Source: Nitrososphaerales archaeon (lineage in GTDB: Archaea > Thermoproteota > Nitrososphaeria > Nitrososphaerales > UBA213). Taken from it: 64,000 nt of DNA. The DNA is taken from NCBI GenBank assembly GCA_965197925.1, contig CBDAOC010000020.1:768001-832000 (forward strand). The letters run 5' to 3'. Every line of letters starts with the position of its first letter. The first letter of the stretch is position 1. Shown here one piece after another: positions 9,253-20,236 of the stretch. The notes under the pieces were generated by a model. The model made no database searches, was not told the DNA's origin, and saw only the letters and a program-made list of their open reading frames with translations. Both the position numbers and the translations under genes were made by a program.

Positions 9253-11757
9253 ATGTCAAACCTTGAAGGCCCAGACAGAGTAGAGCCGAATGGACAACAT
9301 ACAGGTATGAGGAAGTTAGTATACTTGTTGGCGAGAGTTGAGGAAATTGGTCAGGCCAGTCGATTAAGGTGGCTAACTTTATTCATTCTGTTCATATTAT
9401 TTGTTCCGATCGGATTAATATCGATGTTCTGGCTCTTTGGGCCAATGCAGGGACCTTTCATGGTTATGGTTGTGGGTGCAGGAATTGAGGAAGGATTTAA
9501 TCCCAATTATTTAAGTGTGGATCTGGTTTCCTACTTTACTTCGGCAGCAAGCTACATTTCTTCACCCCATTATGATTTTTTGGCAAAGGTTAACTTACTT
9601 CTTAGCTATCAAGTGGTTTCAATTGCTAGCTTTGATCATGAGACCGGTGGAACGAATTGGAACCTTTCACTAGGTGCCGTAGTGGTTTTAGGAATTGTTG
9701 CGTCATCTTACCATCTTGCCACACACTTCAACATATTGATAGCCCATTTCAAAGTCCAGAGGATGGAACGTAAGAAGAGACAAGCCGCTGGTATTGTTGG
9801 ACCAATTTGTGCAGCTGGAGCAAATACCGGCAACGCATTCATGGCAACGATGATACCATTAGCTTGCTGTGGTGGTACTGGAGTCATCCTGCTTTTCTTC
9901 ACTGCAGCTGGAGTAGGTGCGGTGGGAGGTTATCTATTCAGCATGTTAGGTGGTGCCTTCGCTACAGTCTTTGCAGTACCAACAACGGCTTTAATATTTT
10001 TAATAACCCTTTATCTGGCTAAGAAGTATAAGGGTGAAGTTCGCACAACACACGTACAGAAGGCCTGGAGTAGAAAGGTCTCAATGGCCAAGCTTACAAT
10101 TTATCCCCTAATTTCTGTTCTCTTTATTGCCACATTGGCTGTAGGGCTTTATGTTTACTTTTATCAGCTGCATTACCACAGTCTAGGGTCGGCTGAAATT
10201 GGCTACGATCCAGGAATGTTTGTCTCGTTGGCACCAGCGGCAATGCTACTATCTGGCGCTGCATTATTAGAAGCCAAAAAACTGGGAATACCAAAGTTAA
10301 GATTCAACACTCGTAACATTCAAGTTGCTGGGATGGTTGTAGGTGTGGCAATAGCTCTAGGGTTGACAGGTTTTATTGTATCCACTTCTTACCAATCTAC
10401 CACTGTTCAGGCAGCTCCAGCCTATGACCAGATAATAGTTAACTGGCCTCATATTCATGGACTTGGAATAGATGCCCAAGATTCAAAAACGGTTTATGCT
10501 GCAACTCATAATGGATTGTACAGATGGTCAGAAAGTTCTGAATGGAGTTTTGTAGGTACTGAAAACTTTGATTTTAACTCCTTTATTATGCATCCAAATG
10601 AAAGCAACGTAATGTATGCTAGTGGTCACCCTGCAGGAAATCCAGTGTTGGGTTTGGGATTCATTGGCAGTACCGATGGTGGTTTGACCTGGCAGAAAAT
10701 TTCAGATGTAGTTAGTTCTCCGGTAGATTTTCATGCCTTGGCGATAAGTGCTGCTGATCCGAACCTTATCTATGGTTATCCAAGTCATAGTATAGGGTTG
10801 TTCAAAACCAATGATGGTGGTAAGAGTTGGGAGAAAATAGACTTGCCAGGGAATCCAGCAGTTGTTTCATTGGCTGCTCATCCCAAAGATATCAATCAAG
10901 TAGTCGCGGTGACAGATGATGGAAGACCATTAAAAAGTCTAGATCAAGGCAAGACATGGAAATATGTTAACTGGATGAGTATGGCTTTCACTACAATTGG
11001 ATATGCCAAAGATGGTACATTATACGGATTTGTTACTCAGGACCCTATGGGAATGGGTATGCAGATTCGATTGGTAAAATCACCCGATGGTGGAAAGACC
11101 TGGTCTACAGTGGGCATCAATTTGATAAGGGGAGAAATAATTTCTGCTCTAGCCCTTAGTCCATCAAACCCGGAAACAGTATATGCGGCAAGTAAGCTTG
11201 GAACTCAAGTCAATACAATTTCTAGTGTCTATGGAAGTTTTGATAGTGGTATTACTTTTAATCTGTTTGGAACGGACGACAGATACCACCCAGGTTTGTT
11301 AGGAAGTATAGAAAACATCATTATTCCTGAGGAATATTTGCCTAGATCGATGGGAATTATAGTTGTTCCAGAAGAAGAATCTTCACCTAGAGCGAATTTT
11401 GAGGGGCTTGCAACATTTCTTTTGGAAAACAAGGACATACAGGCAGAGGACTTTATACATCTTTACGACTCGACCCCAAGTAAAATAGGTATTGCACATG
11501 TTGGTGCCACATTGCCTTGTGATGAGAACAATGAGTCTCCTCTTGTCATAGTTACGGGAATTATTCCAGACTTGAAACCTGCAGAAATGGAGTTGGTACT
11601 ACAACAATCTAACACAGGAATGTGTATTTACCATACATTAATTCAACCAGAGGGATTTGATGAAGTAACTGATATCGCAATCTTCAACCCAACAGGCAAG
11701 GGTTTAAGATTACCGGAAACAAGCTTAGTTTCAATTAGCCTTAGTGAACTAAAATAA
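9253..11757 (+). CDS. Polytopic membrane protein fused to a BNR/Asp-box beta-propeller (F510_1955/Ycf48-like) and a thaumarchaeal C-terminal domain
   Basis: Several TM helices with ACCGG; HIHGL, ATHNGL, YASGHP, VDFHAL and repeated SxDGGxTW boxes; C-terminal IHLYDSTP...HVGATLPCD...CIYH. Confidence 0.8.
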   Translation: MSNLEGPDRVEPNGQHTGMRKLVYLLARVEEIGQASRLRWLTLFILFILFVPIGLISMFWLFGPMQGPFMVMVVGAGIEEGFNPNYLSVDLVSYFTSAASYISSPHYDFLAKVNLLLSYQVVSIASFDHETGGTNWNLSLGAVVVLGIVASSYHLATHFNILIAHFKVQRMERKKRQAAGIVGPICAAGANTGNAFMATMIPLACCGGTGVILLFFTAAGVGAVGGYLFSMLGGAFATVFAVPTTALIFLITLYLAKKYKGEVRTTHVQKAWSRKVSMAKLTIYPLISVLFIATLAVGLYVYFYQLHYHSLGSAEIGYDPGMFVSLAPAAMLLSGAALLEAKKLGIPKLRFNTRNIQVAGMVVGVAIALGLTGFIVSTSYQSTTVQAAPAYDQIIVNWPHIHGLGIDAQDSKTVYAATHNGLYRWSESSEWSFVGTENFDFNSFIMHPNESNVMYASGHPAGNPVLGLGFIGSTDGGLTWQKISDVVSSPVDFHALAISAADPNLIYGYPSHSIGLFKTNDGGKSWEKIDLPGNPAVVSLAAHPKDINQVVAVTDDGRPLKSLDQGKTWKYVNWMSMAFTTIGYAKDGTLYGFVTQDPMGMGMQIRLVKSPDGGKTWSTVGINLIRGEIISALALSPSNPETVYAASKLGTQVNTISSVYGSFDSGITFNLFGTDDRYHPGLLGSIENIIIPEEYLPRSMGIIVVPEEESSPRANFEGLATFLLENKDIQAEDFIHLYDSTPSKIGIAHVGATLPCDENNESPLVIVTGIIPDLKPAEMELVLQQSNTGMCIYHTLIQPEGFDEVTDIAIFNPTGKGLRLPETSLVSISLSELK

Positions 11758-11932
11758 GTATGATTTTAGGAGCGCCTTAATTAACCAAAATCCTGGATAG
11801 ATTAGGAAAATATTAGAATTCAGCCTATCAAGTTGGATTGATAATTTTCCATTCTTATCACCTAGGAAAATGTAGTCAAATGAATTACCCCCTCGAAATT
11901 GAACTGAAACCATATCGTCGCAACAACTAGCT

Positions 11933-12032
11933 GAGGCTTGGGCGTAAAAGTAGCTCGAAACCATAAGATCAGGATCCAGTTTTTATTGTTGATGTGTTTA
12001 ATTGACACTCGATACTTCGTATATTATTTTTA
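11933..12032 (+). mobile_element. Decayed left-end remnant of IS-A family
   Basis: GAGGCTTGGGCGTAA...CGAAAC.ATAAGATCAGG...CTCGATAC matches the left end at 13056; preceded by AACTAGCT. Confidence 0.8.
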
Positions 12033-12701
12033 ACTGGTTTAATACCAGGTCTTTGGCTTTAGTAATGCGATTTAATAACTATGTTTACAGGTCTTTCAGT
12101 ATTTGTGGTATAATGAATATATTTGATGGTTATTAGCCTGCCTATATGATCATATATGTTACTAATGGTTAGTAACCTCATGAGATTTGTAATCTCTCCC
12201 TATAGCACTAGGAAAAAGATGTTACTATTTCTGTGATAAAAAATGGTATGTATTTAGGTCCTTCCTGAGAATCGAAACGATCAGAACAGGTATCCTATGA
12301 TAGTATGGTGTGAGCAAGCATAAGCATTGGAAGCACTGCGAGCTTCTATCCATAATCAAGGAGAAGATGAAGAGATAGCTGAACTCAAGAAACATTTCGA
12401 CACTACGAGAACTATAATTCTCCACCATCTACCAACTCATTGCCATGGAAGAAAATAAAGAAAGAGAGGAGAGTTGACAGTAACAATAAAGATGAAAGAA
12501 ATCCTGAAGAAAGAATAGTCAAAGTTGTATCACATTCCCTTTTCTGTAAGGTTTCTACTTATTTTACTGTAATGCGTGATCGAGAGTCTTTCTTATCTTT
12601 CAATTCCTCTTCAAACTCTCAGTCATAAGGATAATTTGCAGATATAGCTCATCTGTTAACTTACCTAGTTTGTGCATGGCTTTTGCTCTTGCCTTATCTT
12701 G

Positions 12702-12881
12702 CTAAAAAATTTCTTCGTCCTTTCTCGTGCCAGCCAAGCCAGTCTTGACATTAGATGCGCATTCCAAGCAGACACTAGTAGAGAAGGGAAAGTTCTTCAT
12801 ACAGTTTTTGCATGTGGGTTTACCGCAAGTTGGACAAGCCTTCGTAACTGTTTCCATATTACATAAGTAACAGAACGACAT
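12702..12881 (-). CDS. 59-aa Cys-rich zinc-finger protein (below the ORF-track cutoff); possibly truncated by a premature TAG
   Basis: MSFCYLCNMETVTKACPTCGKPTCKNCMKNFPFSTSVCLECASNVK has four CxxC pairs; the frame stays open ~33 codons past the TAG. Confidence 0.65.
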   Translation of the reverse strand: MSFCYLCNMETVTKACPTCGKPTCKNCMKNFPFSTSVCLECASNVKTGLAGTRKDEEIF

Positions 12882-13055
12882 GCATCACTAAAATATACTT
12901 CTTGCCTAATAGGTTTTGGTCAGGAAGATTAAAATCTATAGATTTGAACGTTGTAAATAGAAGTAAAAAATGTATTGATAATCCATAACATCTTGATTTG
13001 TTATGATGCAGAGCAAAAAATAAAAGTGATGGACTGCAATATTCATCACTTAACT

Positions 13056-14145
13056 GAGGCTTGGGCGTAATTTAGTTCGAAACGATAAGATCAGGTTCTA
13101 GTTTTTATTGTTGATATGTTTAGCTCAGATTCGATACTCCGTATATTATTTTTGATTGATGTGATTCTAGTCAAAACCTAATAGGAAAAGAGGTAGACCA
13201 TTCTACTATTCTCCTACAGTTATGGTAGATGCTTCATCGTTAGAGTATGGGTAAGAATACCAAGCAACAATGCTTTGCATGAATATTTTTCGATAGACAT
13301 GCCATACAACAGGAAGGTAATGAAGGCATGTGGTCTTAATAGGTTGCCAGACAGAAGAACATTCGACAGAAGGTTCAAGGCCATATCAATTGACATAAGA
13401 TCAAGGATAGGTGCTGTGGGTGTGCTCTTCATAAAAGAAGGGTTGGTAGACCCAGCCATAGTATCCGTTGACAGTTCATTGTTGAAAGCAAAGGGACATG
13501 TATGGCATAGATCAAACATGAAGAAGAATGAAGTGCCACGCTCCGGTATAGATACAGATGCTCGATGGGGATTCAGCAGAACCAAGGGATAGGTATTCGG
13601 ATACAAGATGCATCTAGCATCTAGCACAGGTTCGTTGATAGTTCCATTATCAGCTGATTTCACAACAGCTAGCATTACTGATAACAAGATGTATGAAAGC
13701 ATAACATCTTCATTGCCTACAGGAATGGTAAGGTATGTTGTAGGAGATGAAGGATATGATGATCACAAGTTATGTGATTTCAGCAGGTATAGAGGGCATC
13801 CAGTATTCCCATTGGAAAGGTATAGGCATACTACAGATAATAATAGACTGGCATTGCTGCAGTTCTATAACTCTGAATATGGGCAGCATGTATATTCTCG
13901 GAGGAGCATAAGCGTTGAACCATTGATAGAGCATATGAAGGATGTATTTGATATAGACCCACTACCAGTTAGAGGGTTCGATAAAGCTAGGAGCATCGTT
14001 CTGATTTCTATATTGCTATACCAGCTGATGGTATACTACAACTACTTTACAGGAAGACCATTAAGGGCATTGAAGCACATGTTGGGAAGTTAATCAATCA
14101 GAGGCATCAAGTTATTTTTGTTATATGGAATAATGCCCATGCCTC
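13056..14145 (+). mobile_element. IS-A copy 1 (1090 bp, DDE transposase of IS5/IS982-like type, family uncertain), transposase inactivated
   Basis: TIRs GAGGCTTGGGCGTAATT / (rc) GAGGCATGGGCATTATT; VDSSLLKA, DTDARWG, GYKMHL, GDEGYDD, R.SVEP motifs; TGG>TAG stop near 13590. Confidence 0.92.
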
Positions 14146-14168
14146 AATTATTTGTGTTATCCCCAAGT

Positions 14169-14957
14169 ATGACAAAGGAAGGGGCACAAGGAAGATTCTC
14201 AGAATCATTTGTGAGCGGGGTAAAGTCTGAAATGGCTAAAAAGTATGATATTGCAGGTGAATTTTATTTAAAAGAAGCATCGATTCAACAAAAAAAGAAG
14301 GATCTTCATGGCTCTGCACTATGCTTTCTGCTGGCCGGTCGCTGTAAATTACGAGCCAAAAAGAGCGCCCAAGAGGAGTTTGAAAAGGGAGCTGTGTCAT
14401 ATCTTGAACTTGCAGACCAATCAAAGGACTCTTCCCCATTAGGGTCTAGATTGGTATACAGGTGTGCTGCCAAATGCTTCTTCAGGGCAGAACTTTATGA
14501 CAAAGCCGATGAAGCACATCGGTCTGCGAATTCAATAAAGCAGGTTTTGGGTACTGTTACAGAAATAAAGCAACCTGTATTGATAGTAGATAATAGCAAG
14601 GTTATCACATTAAAATTAAAGAAATATGTGGAACAGTTTGGCTTTAATGAAGTTGTGATCTGTAACAGTGGAAGGGAAGGCCTAGAGAAGTTTGGAGAAT
14701 TGATTGGGAATCATAAATTTCCCATAGTTCTTCTGGACATGAGTATGCTAGATCTCAACGGTAATGAGGTGGCTGCACAAATGTTGAAGATCCTGCCGGA
14801 GACGATAATTGCACTAATCACGGCTGACAACATCAATGCGGAGAGGGTGAAGGAAGCGCTTGCCAATGGAGTTGGTTACTTTTTGCAAAAACCCTTCAGG
14901 TATGATCAGATGAAGGAACTGTTGGAAACAATTCAATATGAGGCCGATGTTATCTAA
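14169..14957 (+). CDS. Response regulator with N-terminal helical (TPR/SNAP-like) domain
   Basis: VLIVDNS...IVLLDMSM...ITA...LQKPF receiver; the ORF-track start at 14118 lies inside the IS, so ATG 14169 is preferred. Confidence 0.85.
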   Translation: MTKEGAQGRFSESFVSGVKSEMAKKYDIAGEFYLKEASIQQKKKDLHGSALCFLLAGRCKLRAKKSAQEEFEKGAVSYLELADQSKDSSPLGSRLVYRCAAKCFFRAELYDKADEAHRSANSIKQVLGTVTEIKQPVLIVDNSKVITLKLKKYVEQFGFNEVVICNSGREGLEKFGELIGNHKFPIVLLDMSMLDLNGNEVAAQMLKILPETIIALITADNINAERVKEALANGVGYFLQKPFRYDQMKELLETIQYEADVI

Positions 14958-14964
14958 CAATAAA

Positions 14965-15471
14965 CTACAAAAAGAGAACCGGTAAGTATAATGAATTTAT
15001 ATGTTCCAGCTTAAAATCGCTAATTCTGAAATCTGCTATATCATCTGCAAATTTCTCTACCAAACGTGATTCCGATTTAAGGCTAGTACTTCTTGAGTCA
15101 TGACCCATCAATACCGCCACTTGCCATTCACCACCAAGACCTGCAACCAAAACACACGTTGACAAACTTTTGGCATATTCCTTCACACGCTCCAATGTAG
15201 AACTAAAGTCCTTTGTTGCTTTGAATCTTATCAGAATCAAATCCAATCGATCCATCTCCTTCTCCTCCGCAAGAACAGCTGTGTAGCCTTTTATCACACC
15301 TTTTTTTTCCAATCTTTCAATTCTCTTCCTAACTGCCCGATCGGTAATATCAAATCCCATGGTCTTGAGCTTATTGGCGATGTCTCTGGAAGGAATACGC
15401 GCATTCTTATTCAGCATTTCCAGTACAATGGTATCAATCCTATCTAGTCCGGAAAACTCCATCCCCGCCAT
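14965..15471 (-). CDS. Lrp/AsnC family transcriptional regulator
   Basis: LDRIDTIVLEMLNKNARIP...AVRKRIERLEKKGVIKGY. Confidence 0.9.
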   Translation of the reverse strand: MAGMEFSGLDRIDTIVLEMLNKNARIPSRDIANKLKTMGFDITDRAVRKRIERLEKKGVIKGYTAVLAEEKEMDRLDLILIRFKATKDFSSTLERVKEYAKSLSTCVLVAGLGGEWQVAVLMGHDSRSTSLKSESRLVEKFADDIADFRISDFKLEHINSLYLPVLFL

Positions 15472-15569
15472 TGCTATGGTTGCTGGATAGATGTTTTTTA
15501 CCTTTCCTATTGGATCGTCATTCGCATCTTGATTATAGGAAGGTCACGTCATTCATATGAGAGCAATCC

Positions 15570-15938
15570 TCACGACGCAAGATAACCTTCCAGCTCTGCT
15601 ACGAGTATATCCTTCTTTACAGGCTTTTTTATCACACCGACGACACCCTTTGCCATAAAACTCTCCAACTCAGATTGAGTGGGAGATGATGCAGTAAACA
15701 GGGCCACCTTCATATCTTTGTATATCTCATCATTCCTTATCATGTCCAAAAGATCAAGTCCGCTAATATCGGGTATTCCTATATCCAAAAGCAGGAGATC
15801 AAATTTTTCATTTCGTACCATATCCAAACAATCGGAAGCCTTGTTTGCAGTCATACAACTGTATCCGGATTTCTCAAGCATTAACTTCATCAAGTCAGTT
15901 ATAACCCTGGAATCATCAACGATCATTATCTTCTTCAT
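15570..15938 (-). CDS. Single-domain response regulator
   Basis: IMIVDDS, DLLLLDIGIPDISG, FTA, IKKP. Confidence 0.93.
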   Translation of the reverse strand: MKKIMIVDDSRVITDLMKLMLEKSGYSCMTANKASDCLDMVRNEKFDLLLLDIGIPDISGLDLLDMIRNDEIYKDMKVALFTASSPTQSELESFMAKGVVGVIKKPVKKDILVAELEGYLAS

Positions 15939-15943
15939 ATCTA

Positions 15944-17841
15944 TTACTCCATTGGCAAGGTAAAGTAGACGGCGGTACCGATCCCAATATCACTTTCAAC
16001 ATAAATCCTTCCATTATGACCATCCACAATTCCCTTACAAATAGCCAATCCTAGTCCGGAGCCTTCCTTTTTGCGTGTACTTGTATCTGCCTGATAGAAT
16101 TTTTTGAACAACCCTTCCTGCATACCTTTGGGAATTCCGACTCCATTATCCTTTACGCTAAATAATGCTTCATCCCCTACATCCTTAATTCCTACCTCAA
16201 TGATACCTTTCTGTTCTGGAACAAACCGGATGGCATTTTTGATCAAATTTGTTAAGACTTGACCTATTCTGTCGGGGTCACATTTTACCTTCATGGCTTT
16301 CTCAATCTGCGCATTCAGCTTCACTCCAATCCTATCAGCACTCGGCGTCATAATCTCTATAGCCTTGCTGATTAACTGATCAGCGTCGACGGTGACCACA
16401 TTAAACTTCAGTTGGCCCAGTTCAAGCCTCCTAGCATCGAGAAGATCCTGAATCAACTGTGAAAGTGAGAGGGAGCTCTGATACATAATTCTAATTTTTC
16501 CCAGTTGTTCCTCAGTTAAATCTCCCAACATACCATCCAGCAGGAGCTCACTGTAACCCTGAATAGGAACCAGGGGGTCTTTAGCTCATGCGTTATCATT
16601 GCCAGGAACTCATCTTTTGCTTTGTCAATCTCCTTGGACTGTTCAATCTTTTCCTTCATTGCACGAGATAAGAGATTGAAACTCTTTACCAAACTACCAA
16701 CCTCATCCTTGCTATTGTGTTGAATTTGAATTCCAATCTCACCTTTCTGTATACGCCTAGAGACATCCATCATTTTCGTGATGGGGGACAGGGATCTTCT
16801 AATGACAAGACCAACAGAAACGAATACGGATCCACTGGATATTGCCAGGGTGTAAAAGATCTGGTTGGAGAAATCATTTTTGGATATATTATCTTCTCGC
16901 ATCAAAGATATCAGATTTAAATGCAGTCCGATCAGTGGGTCCATGTTTGATTCCAGGAAATCCAAGGAATTCTGAAACTGTTCTGTGCGAACTCCCCCAT
17001 TTGAAACAACAAGCAAGTTCTCCTTTAATGGTACCCAACTTTCCTTTACTTCCTCCCAATCTCCTTGCAATTCCGTGGGAATAGGTCTCACATAGTTACC
17101 GGTGATATCAGACGTGCCTCCCTCCAACATAATCTCCAAATAAGAATCGAACTGGGTCACGAGACGTGACAATTCTAATGCCAATTCTTCCTGTTCAACA
17201 GCTCCAAAACGTTCGGTTGATTGTCCGGTAACCTCAAGGGTGTATGTAAGTAGACGGTGACCAAGCGCTTCCATTACCTTTGAGACTGCAACTTGTTCAA
17301 ATCCAAATTGTGTGAAACTGGGAAATGTTGTTGGCCTTACGTTGGCGAAGTCTCCAGCCAACCCTTCCAGTCTATGACTGGCCATCTCCACCTTACTAAT
17401 AAGATCATCACTGTTTTGAACCACATAATCTCTAGAATTAAGAAGTTCAAGATTGAAGACCTGTTTTTCGGCTACGACCAAAGAATTTTGCTTATAGTTA
17501 CTCCATCTATTCAAAACATTTTGATGTAGATCTGGAGACAAATGGGCTATTGAGTTGACCCTTGAACCATTCACAACTCCCCCTTTATCCAATAGATCGG
17601 AGGAAGTTTGGTACAAATCTACCAATTCTAAAATATCTTTTCTATTCTTAGATTCACCATCTGCCACCTGTAGTGAATGTTCTCTAATCTTCTGTACGAA
17701 AAATATTTGTTTATTGGCCAAATCGACAGTTATGGCGTCAGCCTGGCCCAGGTCATTGAAATAAGCAAGAACAGAAATATTAAGAATTACAATTCCCACT
17801 ATTGCACTGGTAATTAGCAGTATTTTTGATAATAATTTCAT
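15944..17841 (-). pseudogene. Sensor histidine kinase (NarX/PilJ-like extracellular helical domains, HAMP, HisKA, HATPase) with a -1 frameshift just after the phospho-His
   Basis: THELKTP then frame break at the G5 run 16573-16577; adding one base restores LKTPLVPIQGYSELLLDGMLG and joins NLIKNA, DNGVGI, GSGLGL. Confidence 0.85.
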
Positions 17842-17983
17842 CTAGTCCTTACCCTTATCCCAAAAATTTTGGATGGATCATCAACATAAGGATTAGTATG
17901 TCTCTAAGAATTATAACTAGTCTTGATCTTGTTAACTCCTCATTCCGATAAATAGAAAATAAACCAAGTTTAAATCACTCATT

Positions 17984-18395
17984 TTGTTATCTCAAACAAT
18001 GAGAGAAAATGAGGATATCCAAAGGGAATTCAGAAAGGAGGTCACGGGGATATTGAGAACATTGCAGACCTCATGTGATATCTTAAGAGAAGGAATGGAT
18101 AACCAAGCAATAGCAGAAATTGTAAAATACTTTCATAAATTCAAAGGGGTTGCGGGAATGATGGATTATTCGCACATGTCGGAGCTGGCTGGAGAAATGG
18201 AATCAATCTCGAAACTTCTCATGGAATATAAGATCCGATTCCATGGAATATAAGATCCGATTCCAGCCAGAAATCGCATCTTTGCTAGCTGAGAGCACAA
18301 ATCTACTCCAAAAATATGTAGAAACGGATTTTGAGGAGAGGAATGAACCCATGCTTGAGGATTTAAGAAAGTTAGCAAACAATCCCATAAAATGA
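17984..18395 (+). pseudogene. Hpt (histidine phosphotransfer) protein broken by a 22-bp tandem duplication
   Basis: FHKFKGVAGMM Hpt motif; ATGGAATATAAGATCCGATTCC duplicated at 18221-18264; removing one copy extends the ORF to TGA 18393-18395. Confidence 0.85.
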
Positions 18396-18517
18396 TTAGG
18401 GTTTAACCAAATGTATAGGATCCAATAGCTTGTGAATTGACTTTTGTATCGCAGGAGGGGGATTTACTACAGAATGACAATAATGGAACGAATCGATTTT
18501 TTGTCCTATTACTTCAA

Positions 18518-18559
<42 letters not shown>

Positions 18560-19159
18560 GAATCGAAGCCATCGGATGGATTTGGTAATCATTGGATTGT
18601 GTTATATTAATTGGACTTGCGTTTGAACATGATCAAAAGGTAAAAACTAAACCTAGCTGTCCTAGTAAGAGGGATAACCACCATACGCAATCCAAAAATC
18701 CCATCAAGTCCTAATAAGCCCAGGCAAAGGCAAGTAAAAATTACCTATTAACTTCTCTGCTTGCCCTTTCGAATAGAGAATCTGTATCTTGTTCATGCTT
18801 TCTTTCGTTTTCTGAAAACTTTTCAAATCCCTTTCTGAATGTATCAACGATTTCTCTAAATTTTGATTGAATTGATTCTGTGCTCTAAACGTCGGTAGTA
18901 TATCTTTGATTTTTATCTTTAATTAATACAGTACAGAAGTAATTAGGATTTGATAGAATCTTTGTAGAAATAGAATCAACAACCTAAGGATATTTCTACA
19001 TCTTATTTATCGAATAAAATGAGTCAATTCGGCAAAAGCCGTTAAAGTATTAAATTGTATCTGCAGTAGGTCCAAAAAAAGGGATAAAAAGCAGGTTTTG
19101 CAAGAAATAAGGGCTTTAACCCCGTAATTTTCTTATGGAGCATGTTATTTATGGATGCA

Positions 19160-19575
19160 AACACGTTATTTGCGTATCATTTTACGTTATTTTATGGGTT
19201 GTCACGTTATTAACGTGGAATTTTACGTTATTTTATGGGTTGTCACGTTATTAACGTGGAATTTTACGTTATCTATGTGTCCAATCACATTATTTAGAGC
19301 CAATTTACGTTATTTTATTTATAAAAACAGCATTTTTGGGGTTTAGACACGTTATTTACGTTATTTACGTTATTAACGTAATTTTACGTTATTTACGTTA
19401 TTTACGTTATTAACGTAATTTTACGTTAATTCTCTCGATTTTACACCTCGTATTTAGGTACGAATCTGACAAGCAAAAAATAACGGAAATAACGTAAAAT
19501 TACGTTAATAACGTAAATAACGTAAATAACGTAATTGAAAGGCAAATAACGTAAAAACATCAAAAATAACGGATT
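19160..19575. repeat. Array of ACGTTA(T) boxes with nested direct repeats (9, 37 and 41 bp) and a 46-bp perfect inverted repeat
   Basis: 41-bp tandem at 19179-19260; 37-bp tandem at 19349-19422; 19349-19394 is the exact reverse complement of 19487-19532. Confidence 0.95.
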
Positions 19576-20236
19576 ATAATGAGTCGAGGAAGGCTTTTAC
19601 GAATGGATCTTGGGTTTGGCGCTTCATTTTATTGACCTTTGCAATACAATTAATGGTCGGGATGACATGAACTCACATTAATTCAACCTATATCACTAAA
19701 CTATAACCGTTCAACAAAAAGTTGATAGCCATAGACAATTTCACAATTTGAAACAATGAGGTTATTGTACTCCCAACCAGTAAAATAATGATTGTCCCAT
19801 TTGGTAATTTTCTTCAAGAATGATCCGTTACTCTCTTTTTCACCCTACTGCTCTATCTAAAATTTGCTGTACGAATCACATCCCAACACCTTCATATCTT
19901 TAGTGATGTGGTGAACAAATCCCAATAAGGGCAAAAGCAGTGTTTGGCGGTCAGCTGTTAATATCAGTGGTTCTATCAAAATACTTTTCGTCAGTGGATC
20001 CGAATTAGAGTACGCCACTTCTATATGCCCTCCTTATCTGAACACAACAAATATTATTTTATTACTGATCCAGTCACCACAGAGGTTATAGTGCAACTAA
20101 GATGGTCTCCTGTATATTTATTATGAACCCACACTTCCTTTGGTAAATTATATTGCTTTCCAAAGCCTGGATTAGTAAATATTGGGCCAGATTGATAGAT
20201 AACATTTATCTTTAGTTTCTTGTTAGTATTAGTTCG

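Noticed and set aside
12330..12520. Possible IS66-like transposase N-terminal remnant (YENYNSPPSTNSLPWKK)
   Set aside because: Too short and degraded; no TIR or catalytic region to support it
14118..14168. N-terminal extension of the response regulator in the ORF track
   Set aside because: It begins inside the IS-A right end; ATG 14169 is more plausible
19155..19346. 63-aa ORF and possible CRISPR array in the ACGTTA repeat region
   Set aside because: The ORF is a translation of the repeats; there are no unique spacers of regular length and no cas genes
19600..20150. Possible decayed genes in AT-rich tracts (also 18600-19000, 27380-27690, 48900-49780, 62290-62630)
   Set aside because: Coding-like patches are visible but no family could be recognised
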